This document shows, piece by piece, positions 13,386-26,100 of a stretch of 64,000 nt of DNA. Below the pieces are notes generated by a model. It searched no databases, was not told the DNA's origin, and was given only the letters and a program-made list of their open reading frames with translations. Within the stretch, counting starts at the first letter, position 1, and each line of letters opens with the position of its first letter. Both the position numbers and the translations under genes were made by a program. Source of the DNA: Octopus sinensis (taxonomy: Eukaryota); the NCBI RefSeq assembly GCF_006345805.1, contig NC_042999.1:163618001-163682000 (forward strand), in the 5' to 3' direction.

Positions 13386-14429
13386 ATGTTCGCTAACATT
13401 ATAAGTCCAGAGAAGTATGTTAGAAATCAGTATTTATGACAAGCAGGTTAGAGTGTCAGAAATGGCAAGAGCACTATATTGTAAATTGAAATGTTGTTCA
13501 GGTTGAGTTTTGGTACTCTGGAGAGATAGAAGGCACTCTTATTCAGAATTTGATTCTGTCTTATGTAATCTCACTCATTAGATTAATGAAGAAATTAACT
13601 ACAGGTTCCATAATGTAGGTAGTTTGTGGTGAGTTGTGGTTTCCATCATACCATTCTCCCTCTTCAATATACAGAGTTTTTCAAAAGCCATAATTTGTTA
13701 TTTTGTGAAATTGATATTTAATGAAAAGAAATTGTTATTGGTAAGCATGGCATTAAGTTGTCAAAATATAAACCAACATTGGATAGAATACATGATCTAT
13801 AATATTTATTCTGACACTGATGACGATGATGATGGTTGTGAGTTCAAATCCTGCCAGAACTTTGGTTTTCTTTCAGATGGGTGTGTTTTTGAAAATAAAT
13901 AATAATAATACACTTCCTTTTTTTTTTCAGGAATAGGCATCATGACAAATCAAAAGAATTTATTATATAAATACAATTTCCATGTACAATCATATTTGCA
14001 TTTATTTTGCCTACCTTGCTTTAAAGCAAGGTAAGAACAATGAGCTTTGCTTAAGAGCCAGAACACACTGAATCCCAATAAATTGCTCTACCTATCACAA
14101 TTCTAGGTCATGTATGAAAAGATTAATGTTTACTTGGTACTAACCCGGTGCATCCAGTACATCCTGTCTACACTACTGCACCCCACATGTATTCTGATCA
14201 GTATTCTCTATACGAGGTTTTCATGATAAAATCAGATATTTTAATAGAAGAAATTTGCAATGAAAAGCAATATTGACACTCAATGTAAATTTATGTAAAT
14301 TTCTGCATATTCTTATCGAAGTGTAATTTTAATTCCGTGAATTTTGGGAGATTTTTTTCCGAAATTTGTTCCTATTGTGTTTTCAAAATTTGTAATTCTG
14401 ACAAAAAATAGAAACGAATTTCATTATAT

Positions 14430-15204
14430 CAAGCAGCGAGTCAGAATTCGAAGGATTTTCTACTGAAGACCTTGATAAATCTAACTCTATGACTGAAAAA
14501 AAAACCACGTGGTATTTGATAATGAATCTGATGTTTCATTTTCCGAAAGTGAAAACAGTGAATCTGAGAGCTCCGACACCGATAAAGAAAATGAATTGGC
14601 ACCTGAATGGAGTGAAAATTTAAAAAACTGTTTCTTTCGGTGATTTTTCTGAAGAAACTGGACCAAGCCACAGACTTTCCCAGAAGAGTAAAGCCTTAGA
14701 CTATTTCTTTTTACTTTTTCGAATGAGCCTATTTGAAATCATTACGGCGGAAACGAACCGTTACGCTAAATGTAAACAAAGCGAAAGAAAGGATAGTTAG
14801 TGGTATCCCAGAACCTTAGATGAAATTAAGACAATTTTGCCATAAATATTATTATGGGTATCAGAAAGTTACTCAGAATAAAAAATTCTATCGCAAAATT
14901 TTGTTGTATACCCAATTGAATATTAGCTAATAACCCATTTTCTATAGCGATGTTTGAACAAAATTTTAATAATTTTATATTTTGTTGAATTTACCTGCAA
15001 TTAGAGTCACTTTGTGACAAAAATTGTAGTATAGAATTGGTTGAGAACATTTCATTAATTATCTTCCAAAATCAGATTAATATTGATAAATAAAAAAGTT
15101 ATAGTTGTTTAATGAAACCAGACTAAATTTATGATTATGTTAGAAATTAATGGAAACACATAAGGGGTGTATTTTGGTCAGAAATATAGTAACGAAAGGG
15201 TTAA
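14430..15204 (+). mobile_element. piggyBac-family element remnant (5'-truncated, internally deleted)
   Basis: Peptide ALDYFFLLF...FEIITAETNRYAK...WYPRTLDEIK...INIIMGIRKL resembles the piggyBac transposase N-terminus. The right end reads ...AAAGGG|TTAA (15197-15204). No left TIR found. Confidence 0.7.
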
Positions 15205-15718
15205 ATCCACATAATGCTATGTGAACCATCTAACTATCCAAGCTGAAGCATAATATATTAAGTGGTTGCATCCATGCAACAACAAAGATATGCACACTGA
15301 CACAGAAAAATCAATAATTTAAAACAAGTTGAAAGAAAATAAGCATTGAACTATTATTTTTGGTTTAGTCAGATATCAATGTGGCAAACAATGGTAACAC
15401 TTTAAATTTAAATTTAAGTGAAATAAACTTAGTAAATGGATGATTTAGTGGCTTGCAGTCTACTCCAATAATTGGGCCTTAGGATGCAAATTCTTTACTT
15501 CTCACACCATCTGAAAGCTTCTATAAGACTCAAATATTTTACGGCTTTTTTCTAGTTCCTTCGATACTGGATCTTTGGTTCACTGACAAATTGCGCTTCA
15601 AACCGTTTAATACTTTATTTTCTGAAAAAATTTCTTATTTACTTTTACAACGGTTTTGTTTTTCTGTTGTTTACGGCTTTTTTCTAGTTCCTTCGATACT
15701 GGCTCTTTGGTTCACTGA

Positions 15719-17318
15719 TCGTGTTTTTTTGCGTTGAACGGTTGTGTTTTTTTGCGCTCTGTGAAATTCGGTTAAAAAAGAAAAAAGAACAAAAAGTGAA
15801 TGGTTGTTGTGAAATTTTGAACGTCGTTGATGCGGTTTCGCGTTTCGCTGGTGCTACGCGTTACACTTTTTCTGTTCGGGCGGCCGTTTTCGGTCTGTCA
15901 GACAGAAGGAAATGGACTTTGATTCCCTAACAGACTTGTCTACGTCTGAGGAGGAACTGGAAGAGGCAGTGAGAATGATGGATCGAAAGCTTGGTTATAC
16001 CTATGCCGGTGTAACCAAGAAGGCGGAAGAGAAAGGGGTGCCAAGTTACCAAGCTGCCAAGTTACCAGAAATATATGAAAAAGGATAGCGGTGAGGTGGA
16101 ACTAGCACCGACACCCAAGAGAAAAGAATGGTATGATAAAAGGACCATTATATACAGGGTGTTCGCAAACGAAAGGAAGAATAGAAGTTGTAAACATGGA
16201 GTGGAGAATTTAATTTTTTCTGACTCGAGGATCAAAGTATGGTACTGTAGTGGTACATTTTCAAAGTGAGAATGCAGCAAGGAAGATGGCGGCGAAGGCG
16301 GTGAATCCGAAAAGGTAACACTTTTGCCTACGTATTTAAACAGAAAATTACACGAGTAAGGTCGAGGGAGTGCCACCAACGTGGAGGCAGAGTGGATTGT
16401 GCGGCTGTGATCAGCGGCCACGAGGAGGAAGTGGATATTCTCCATGCCTCGGTTATGACCGAGGCTGGAGAGGCGTAACAGTGGAGCTGAACGTGCAAGC
16501 AGAGAACGAGGTACTGGTGGACCTGGCGGAAAGCATCAGATTGGGAGACGTGATCATGAGAGTGTGGGTGGAGGGCAGAGCTCCACGTTGTTACAAGTGT
16601 GGCCTGAGGGGTCACATAAGAGCCTACTGCCCTCCCTCAGTGAAGGAAATGGATTCCGAACCACAGAGAGAGAAGCAGAAACCAGAGGAGAAGGAGACAG
16701 TAGAAGAGAATTCACAGAAATGGAAGGAAGCTGGGAATAAGAGGAAGAGGAGAATACGAGGAAAAGAAAATAACTAAACAACCAATCCAACCCACACCAC
16801 CCACACCCTCTCAGACCCACCCTATCCCTACAGACAGTGAACCCACCCGCTCCCCTCCAACAAGAAAACAAAGAAAAAAATAATACAGACAGACAAGAGT
16901 TTGAAATCGAACCCAGGCCGAACATTTATATTATGACTGAACGAAGAAGTGAAAAGGGTAATGGAGGAGTATAAATGGTATGAAATAGGTGAGACCAGAT
17001 ATGCAGTGCTGGAAAAGAAGAATATAGATGAGTTTGCGTTGAGGTGTGAAGGGAGAATTGGGAGGTGAAAGATACAAGAATGAGCGATGAATTCGTGGAA
17101 AATATGGAGGAGTATTTCGGAGTAAGAATGGATATGGATGGTCTTCGTATTGGAATGAACATTCAGGTGACAGTGAAAACAAAAGGACAGGTAAGTGGCA
17201 CACGCTTTCATATATCATTTTCAAAATCATTTTACTCATATCTAGTAATTGTGATGTTCCATGTCCCCCAATGTTTGTAATGTCCCCTCTATATGGCCCC
17301 TAGTGGGTAAAAGAATAG
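15719..17318 (+). mobile_element. ORF1-only non-LTR retroelement (HAL1-like), copy 1, frameshifted
   Basis: Gag-like ORF1 with CCHC knuckle (PRCYKCGLRGHIRAYC); no endonuclease or RT; tail ggcccctagtgggtaaaagaatag. Confidence 0.8.
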
Positions 17319-17781
17319 GTTTTGTTTTTGTGTTGTTTACGGCTTTTTCCTAGTTCCTTCGATACTTGCTCTTTGGTTCACTGACAAATTCCGCTTCAAA
17401 CCTTTTACTACTTTATTTTCCGTAAAAATTTCTTATCTATTTTACAACGGTTTGGTTTATTTCTGTTGTTTCCGTCTTTTTTGTAGTTCCTTCGATACTA
17501 GCTCTTTGGTTCACTGACAAATTCCGCTTCAAACCGTTTAATACGTTATCTTCTGTAAAAATTTCTTATTTACTTTTACAACAGTCTTCATTTTCTGTTG
17601 TTTACGTCTTTTTTATAGTTCCTTCGATACTGGCTCTTTGGTTCATTGACAAATATCGCTACAAACCGTTTAATACTTTATTTTCTGAAAAAATTTCTTA
17701 TTTACTTTTACAACGGTTTTGTTTTTCTGTTGTTTACGGCTTTTTTCTAGTTCCTTCGATACTGGCTCTTTGGTTTACTGA

Positions 17782-19402
17782 TCGTGTTTTTTTGCATTGA
17801 ACGGTTGTGTTTTTTTGCGCTCTGTGAAATTCGGTTAAAAAAGAAAAAAGAACAAAAAGTGAATGGTTGTTGTCGTGAAATTTTGAACGTCGTTGATGCG
17901 GTTTCGCGTTTCGCTGGTGCTACGCGTTACACTTTTTCTGTTCGGGCGGCCGTTTTCGGTCTGTCAGACAGAAGGAAATGGACTTTGATTCCCTAACAGA
18001 CTTGTCTACGTCTGAGGAGGAACTGGAACAGGCAGTGAGAATGATGGATCGAAAGCTTGGTTATACCTATGCCGGTGTAACCAAGAAGGCGGAAGAGAAA
18101 GGGGTGCCAAGTTACCAAGCTGCCAAGTTACCAGAAATATATGAAAAAGGATAGCGGTGAGGTAGAACTAGCACCGACACCCAAGAGAAAAGAATGGTAT
18201 GATAAAAGGACCATTATATACAGGGTGTTCGCAAACGAAAGGAAGAAGATAGAAGTTGTAAACATGGAGTGGAGGAAATTAATTTTCTGACTCGAGGATC
18301 AAAGTATGGTACTGTAGTGGTACATTTTCAAAGTGAGAATGCAGCAAGGAAGATGGCGGCGAAGGCGGTGAAATCCGAAAAGGTAACACTTTTGCCTACG
18401 TATTTAAACAGAAAAATTACACGAGTAAAGGTCGAGGGAGTGCCACCAAACGTGGAGGCAGAGTGGATTGTGGCGGCTGTGATCAGCGGCCACGAGGAGG
18501 AAGTGGATATTCTCCATGCCTCGGTTATGACCGAGGGCTGGAGAGGCGTAACAGTGGAGCTGAACGTGCAAGCAGAGAACGAGGTACTGGTGGACCTGGC
18601 GGAAAGCATCAGATTGGGAGACGTGATCATGAGAGTGTGGGTGGAGGGCAGAGCTCCACGTTGTTACAAGTGTGGCCTGAGGGGTCACATAAGAGCCTTC
18701 TGCCCTCCCTCAGTGAAAGAAATGGATTCCGAACCACAGAGAGAGAAGCAGAAACCAGAGGAGAAGGAGACAGTAGAAGAGAATTCACAGAAATGGAAGG
18801 AAGCTGGGAATAAGAGGAAGAGGAGAATACGAGGAAAAGAAAATAACATAGAACACCAATCCACCCCAACACCACCCACACCCTCTCAGACCCACCCTAT
18901 CCCTACAGACAGTGAACCCACCCGCTCCCCTCCAACAAGAAAACAAAAGAAAAAAATAATACAGACAGACAAGAGTTTGAAATCGAACCCAGGCCGAACA
19001 TTTATATTATGACTGAACAGAAAGAAGTGAAAAGGGTAATGGAGGAGTATAAATGGTATGAAATAGGTGAGACCAGATATGCAGTGCTGGAAAAGAAGAA
19101 TATAGATGAGTTTGCGTTGAGGTGTGAAAGGGAGAATTGGCAGGTGAAAGATACAAGAATGAGCGATGAATTCGTGGAAAATATGGAGGAGTATTTCGGA
19201 GTAAGAGTGGATATGGATGGTCTTCGTATTGGGAATGAACATTCAGGTGACAGTGAAAACAAAAGGACAGGTAAGTGGCACCGCTTTCATATATCATTTT
19301 CAAAATTCATTTTACTCATATCTATGTAATTGTGATGTTCCATGTCCCCCAATGTTTGTAATGTCCCCTCTATATGGCCCCTAGTGGGTAATAAAGAAAT
19401 AG
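17782..19402 (+). mobile_element. ORF1-only non-LTR retroelement (HAL1-like), copy 2
   Basis: ATG at 17978 (MDFDSLTDLSTSEEELEQ); ORF 18269-19012 carries C-x2-C-x4-H-x4-C; similar to ORF1 at 61067-62803; tail gcccctagtgggtaataaagaaatag. Confidence 0.85.
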
Positions 19403-20112
19403 GTTTTGTTTTTGTGTTGTTTACGGCTTTTTCCTAGTTCCTTCGATACTGGCTCTTTGGTTCACTGACCAGCGCTTCAAACCTTTTACTACTTTATTTT
19501 CCGTAAAAATTCTTATCTACTTTTACAACGGTTTGGTTTATTTCTGTTGTTTCCGTCTTTTTTGTAGTTCCTTCGATACTGGCTCTTTGGTTCACTGACA
19601 AATTCCGCTTCAAACCGTTTAATACGTTATCTTCTGTAAAAATTTCTTATTTACGTTTACAACAGTCTTGATTTTCTGTTGTTTACGGCTTTTTTATAGT
19701 TCCTTCGATACTGGCTCTTTTGTTCATTGATAAATATCGCTACAAACCGTTTAATACTTTATTTTCTGAAAAGATTTCTTATTTACTTTTACAACGGTTT
19801 TGTTTTTCTGTTGTTTCCGTCTTTTTTATAGTTCCTTCGATACTGGCTCTTTTGTTCAATGAGAAATATCGCTCCAAGTCCTTTAATACTTTATTTTCTG
19901 TAAAAATTTCTTATTTACTTTTACAACAGTTTTGTATTTGTGTTGTTTACGGCTTCTTTCTAGTTCTTCGATACTGGCTCTTTGGTTCGCTTCAAACCGT
20001 TTAATACTTTATTTTCTGTAAAAATTTCTCATTTACTTTTACAACGGTTTTGTTTTTCTGTTGTTTACGGCTTTTTTCTAGTTCCTTCGATACTGGCTCT
20101 TTGGTTCACTGA

Positions 20113-20153
20113 TCGTGTTTTTTTGCGTTGAACGGTTTTTTTGCGTTCAACGG
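20113..20153 (+). mobile_element. Third, collapsed 5' stub of the ORF1-only element
   Basis: Same junction ggttcactga|tcgtgtttttttgcgttgaacgg as copies 1 and 2, then a return to satellite. Confidence 0.8.
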
Positions 20154-23100
20154 TTATGTTTGGTTCACTGACAAATAGCGATTTAAACCTTTTAATACTT
20201 TATTTTCTATAAAAATTTCTTTGGTCATCAAACGGTTTTGTGTTTTTGTGTTGTTTACGGCTTCTTTCTAGTTCCTTCGATACAAGCTCTTTGGTTCACT
20301 AACAAATTGCAATTCAAACCCTCTAATACTTTATTTTCCGTAAAAATTTCTCGTTTACTTTTACAACGGTTTTGTATTTTTACGCATTTTTTTCTAGTTC
20401 CTTCGATACTGGGTCTCTGGTTCACCGACAAATTGCGCTTCAAACCGTTTAATACTTTATTTTCTGTAACAAGTTCTCATTTACTTTTACAACGGTTTTG
20501 TTTTTCTGTTGTTTACGGCTTTTTTCTAGTTCCTTCGATACTGGCTCTTTGGTTCACTGACAAATAGCGATTCAAACCTTTTAATACTTTATTTTCTATA
20601 AAAATTTCTTTACTCATCAAACGGTTTTGTGTTTATGGCTTCTTTCTAGTTCCTTCGATACTGGCTCTTTGGTTCACTGACAAATTGCGCTTCAAAACGT
20701 TTAATACTTTATATTCTGTAAAAATTTCTCGTTTACTTCTACAACGGTTTTGTGTTTTTCTGTGGTTTGCCCCTTTTTTTTACTTCCTTCGATTCTTGAT
20801 CTTTGGTTCACCGACAAATTGCGCTTCAAACCGATTAATACTTTATTTTCTGTAAAAATGTCTTAGTTTCTTTTACAACGGTTTTGTGTTTTTCTGTTGT
20901 TTTCGGCTTCTTTCTAGTTCCTCCGATACTGGCTCTTTGGTTCACTGACAAATTGCGATTCAAACCGTTTAATACTTTATTTTCTGTAAAAATTTCTCAT
21001 TTACTTTTACAACGGTTTTGTTTTTCTGTTGTTTACGGCTTTTTTCTAGTTCCTTCAATATTGGCTCTTTGGTTCACTGACAAATAGCGATTCAAACCTT
21101 TTAATACTTTATTTTCTATAAAAATTTCTTTACTCATCAAACGGTTTTGTGTTTTTATGTTGTTTATGGCTTCTTTCTAGTTCCTCCGATACTGGCTTCA
21201 CTAACAAATTGCAATTCAAACCCTTTACTACTTTATTTTCCGTAAAAATTTCTCATTTACTTTTACAACTGTTTGTTTTTCTGTTGTTTACGGCCTTTTC
21301 TAGTTCCTTCGATACTGGCTCTTTGGTTCACTGACAAATTGCGCTTCAAACGTTTAATACTTTATTTTCTGTAAAAATTTCTCATTTACTTTTACAACTG
21401 TTTTGTTTTCTGTTGTTTACGCCTTTTTCTAGTTCCTTCGATACTGGCTCTTTGGTTCACTGACAAATTGCGCTTCAAACCGGTTTAATACTTTATTTTC
21501 TGTAAAAATTTCTCATTTACTTTTACAACTGTTTTGTTTTTCTGTTGTTTACGGCCTTTTTCTAGTTCCTTCGATACTGGCTCTTTGGTTCATGACAAAT
21601 TGCGCTTCAAACCGTTTAATACTTTTTTCTGTAAAAATTTCTCATTTACTTTTACAACTGTTTTGTTTTTCTGTTGTTACGGCCTTTTTCTAGTTCCTTC
21701 GATACTGGCTCTTTGGTTCACTGACAAATTCCGATTCAAACCGTTTAATACTTTATTTCTGTAAAAATTTCTCATTTACTTTTACAACTGTTTTGTTTTT
21801 CTGTTGTTTACGGCCTTTTCTAGTTCCTTCGATACTGGCTCTTTGGTTCACTGACAAATTCCGATTCAAACCGTTTAATACTTTATTTTCTGTAAAAATT
21901 TCTCATTTACTTTTACAACTGTTTTGTTTTTCTGTTGTTTACGGCCTTTTTCTAGTTCCTTCGATACTGGCTCTTTGGTTCACTGACAAATTCCGATTCA
22001 AACCGTTTAATATTTTATTTTCTGTAAAAATTTCTCATTTACTTTTACAACTGTTTTGTTTTTCTGTTGTTTACGGCCTTTTTCTAGTTCCTTCGATACT
22101 GGCTCTTTGGTTCACTGACAAATTCCGATTCAAACCGTTTAATACTTTATTTTCTGTAAAAATTTCTCATTTACTTTTACAACTGTTTTGTTTTTCTGTT
22201 GTTTACGGCCTTTTTCTAGTTCCTTCGATACTGGCTCTTTGGTTCACTGACAAATTCCGATTCAAACCGTTTAATATTTTATTTTCTGTAAAAATTTCTC
22301 ATTTACTTTTACAACGTTTTGTTTTTCTGTTGTTTACGGCCTTTTTCTAGTTCCTTCGATACTGGCTCTTGGTTCACTGACAAATTCGATTCAAACCGTT
22401 TAATACTTTATTTTCTGTAAAAATTTCTCATTTACTTTTACAACTGTTTTTGTTTTCTGTTGTTTACGGCCTTTTTCTAGTTCTTCGATACTGGCTCTTT
22501 GGTTCACTGACAAATTCGATTCAAACCGTTTAATACTTTATTTTCTGTAAAAAATTTCTCATTTACTTTTACAACTGTTTGTTTTTTCTGTTGTTTACGG
22601 CCTTTTTCTAGTTCCTTCGATACTGGCTCTTTGGTTCACTGACAAATTCCGATTCAAACCGTTTAATACTTTATCTTCTGTAAAAATTTCTCATTTACTT
22701 TTACAACTGTTTTGTTTTTCTGTTGTTTACGGCCTTTTTCTAGTTCCTTCGATACTGGCTCTTTGGTTCACTGACAAATTCCGATTCAAACCGTTTAATA
22801 CTTTATTTTCTGTAAAAATTTCTCATTTACTTTTACAACTGTTTTGTTTTTCTGTTGTTTACGGCCTTTTTCTAGTTCCTTCGATACTGGCTCTTTGGTT
22901 CACTGACAAATTCCGATTCAAACCGTTTAATACTTTATTTTCTGTAAAAATTTCTCATTTACTTTTACAACTGTTGTTTTTGTTGTTTACGGCCTTTTTC
23001 TAGTTCCTTCGATACTGGCTCTTTGGTTCACTGACAAATTCCGATTCAAACCGTTTAATACTTTATTTTCTGTAAAATTTCTCATTACTTTTACAACTGT

Positions 23101-26100
23101 TTTGTTTTTCTGTTGTTTACGGCCTTTTTCTAGTTCCTTCGATACTGGCTCTTTTGTTCACTGACAAATTCCGATTCAAACCGTTTAATACTTTATCTGT
23201 AAAAAATTTCTCATTTACTTTTACAACTGTTTTGTTTTTCTGTTGTTTACGGCCTTTTTCTAGTTCCTTCGATACTGGCTCTTTGGTTCACTGACAAATT
23301 CCGATTCAAACCGTTTAATACTTTATTTTCTGTAAAAATTTCTCATTTACTTTACAACTGTTTTGTTTTTCTGTTGTTACGGCCTTTTCTAGTTCCTTCG
23401 ATACTGGCTCTTTGGTTCACTGACAAATTGCGCTTCAAACCGTTTAATACTTTATTTTCTGTAAAAATTTCTCATTTACTTTTACAACTGTTTTGTTTTT
23501 CTGTTGTTTACGGCCTTTTTCTAGTTCCTTCGATACTGGCTCTTTGGTTCACTGACAAATTGCGCTTCAAACCGTTTAATACTTTATTTTCTGTAAAAAT
23601 TTCTCATTTACTTTTACAACTGTTTTGTTTTTCTGTTGTTTACGGCCTTTTTCTAGTTCCTTCGATACTGGCTCTTTGGTTCACTGACAAATTGCGCTTC
23701 AAACCGTTTAATACTTTATTTTCTGTAAAAATTTCTTACTTTCTTTTACAACGGTTAAGTGTTTTTGTATTGTTTACGGCTTCTTTCTAGTTCCTTCGAT
23801 ACTGGCTCTTTGGTTCACTGACAAATTGCGATTAAAACCGTTTAATACGTTATCTTCTGTAAAAATTTCTTAGTTTCTTTTACAACGGTTTTGTGTTTTT
23901 ATGTTGTTTACGGCTTCTTTCTAGTTCCTTCGATACTGGCTCTTTGGTTCACTGACAAATTGCGATTCAAACCGTTTAATACTTTATTTTCTGTAAAAAT
24001 TTCTTAGTTTCTTTTACAACGGTTTTGTGTTTTTATGTTGTTTACGGCTTCTTTCTAGTTCCTTCGATACTGGCTCTTTGGTTCACTGACAAATTGCGAT
24101 TCAAACCGTTTAATACTTTATTTTCTGTAAAAATTTCTTCGTTTCTTTTACAACGGTTTTGTGTTTTTTTGTTGTTTACGGCTTCTTTCTAGTTCCATCG
24201 ATACTGGCTCTTTGGTTCACTGACAAATTGCGATTCAAACCGTTTAATACTTTATTTTCTGTAAAAATTTCTTAGTTTCTTTTACAACGGTTTTGTGTTT
24301 TTATGTTGTTTACGGCTTCTTTCTAGTTCCTTCGATACTGGCTCTTTGGTTCACTGACAAATTGCGATTCAAACCGTTTAATACGTTATCTTCTGTAAAA
24401 ATTTCTTAGTTTCTTTTACAACGGTTTTGTGTTTTTATGTTGTTTACGGCTTCTTTCTAGTTCCTTCGATACTGGCTCTTTGGTTCACTGACAAATTGCG
24501 ATTCAAACCGATTAATACTTTATTTTCTGTAAAAATTTCTTAGTTTCTTTTACAACGGTTTTGTGTTTTTATGTTGTTTACGGCTTCTTTCTAGTTCCTT
24601 CGATACTGGCTCTTTGGTTCACTGACAAATTGCGATTCAAACCGTTTAATACTTTATTTTCTGTAAAAATTTCTTCGTTTCTTTTACAACGGTTTTGTGT
24701 TTTTTTGTTGTTTACGGCGTCTTTCTAGTTCCTTCGATACTGGCTCTTTGGTTCACTGACAACTTGCGATTCAAACCGTTTAATGCTTTATTTAACGTTT
24801 AATACGTTATCTTCTGTAAAAATTTCTTATTTACTTTTACAACAGTCTTGATTTTCTGTTGTTTACGGCTTTTTTCTTGTTCCTTCGATACTGGCTCTTT
24901 GGTTCACTGACAAATTGCGTTGCAAACGGTTTAATATTCTTATTTTCTGTAAAAATTTCTTCGTTTCTTTTACAACGGTTTTGTGTTTTTATGTTGTTTT
25001 CGGCTTCTTTCTAGTTCCTCCGATACTGGCTCTTTGGTTCATTAACAAATTGCGTTGCAAACGGTTTAATAATTTATTTTCTGTAAAAATTTCTTATTTA
25101 CTCTTACAACGGTTTTGTGTTTTTCTCTTGTTTACGGCTTTTTTTTACTTCTTTTAAGACTAGTTCTTTTGTTCAATGAGAAATATCACTCCAAGTCCTT
25201 TAATACTTTATTTTCTGTAAAAATTTCTCATTGCAATTCAAACCGTTTATTACTTAATTTTCCGTAAAAATTTCTCGTTTACTTTTACAACTTTTTACGG
25301 CTTCTTTCTAGTTTCAGCGATACTTGCTCTTTGCTTCACTGACAAATTCCGCTTCATACCGTTTAATACGTTATCTTCTGTAAAAATTTCTTATTTACTT
25401 TTACAACAGTCTTGATTTTCTGTTGTTTACGGCTTTTTTCTTGATCCTTCGATACTGGCTCGTTGGTTCACTGGCAAATTGCGCTTCAAAACGTTTAACA
25501 CTTTATTTTCTGTAAAAATTTCTCATTTACTTTTACAACGGTTTTCTTTTTATGTTGTTTACGGCTTCTTTCTAGTTCCTCCGATACTGGCTCTTTGGTT
25601 CACTGACAAATTGCGTTGCAAACGGTTTAATAATTTATTTTCTGTAAAAATTTCTTCGTTTCTTTTACAACGGTTTTGTGTTTTTCTGTTATTTTCGGCT
25701 TCTTTCTCGTTCCTCCGATACTGGCTCTTTGGTTCACTGACAAATTGCGATTCAAATCGTTTAATACTTTATTTTCTGTAAAAATTTCTCATTTACTTTT
25801 ACAACGGTTTAGTTTTTCTGTTGTTTACGGCTTTTTTCTTGTTCCGTCGATACTGGCTCTTTGGTTCACTGACAAATTGCGCTTCAAACCGTTTAATACT
25901 TTGTTTTCTGTAAAAATTTCTCAATTACTTTTAAAACGGTTTTGTTTTTTTTCTGTTGTTTACGGCTTCTTTCTAGTTCCTCCGATACTGGCTCTTTGGT
26001 GCATTAACAAATTGCGTTGCAAACGGTTTAATAATTTATTTTCTGTAAAAATTTCTTATTTACTTTTACAACGGTTTTGTGTTTTTCTCTTGTTTACGGC

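Noticed and set aside
21793-23790. ORFs with a 44-aa hydrophobic repeat (LVPSILALWFTDK...) and dozens of similar ORFs across the satellite
   Set aside because: These are a by-product of a 132-bp (3 x 44) monomer. The T-rich strand has only about four stop triplets per monomer, so one open frame is unsurprising. The 134-bp variants and indels break the frame freely.
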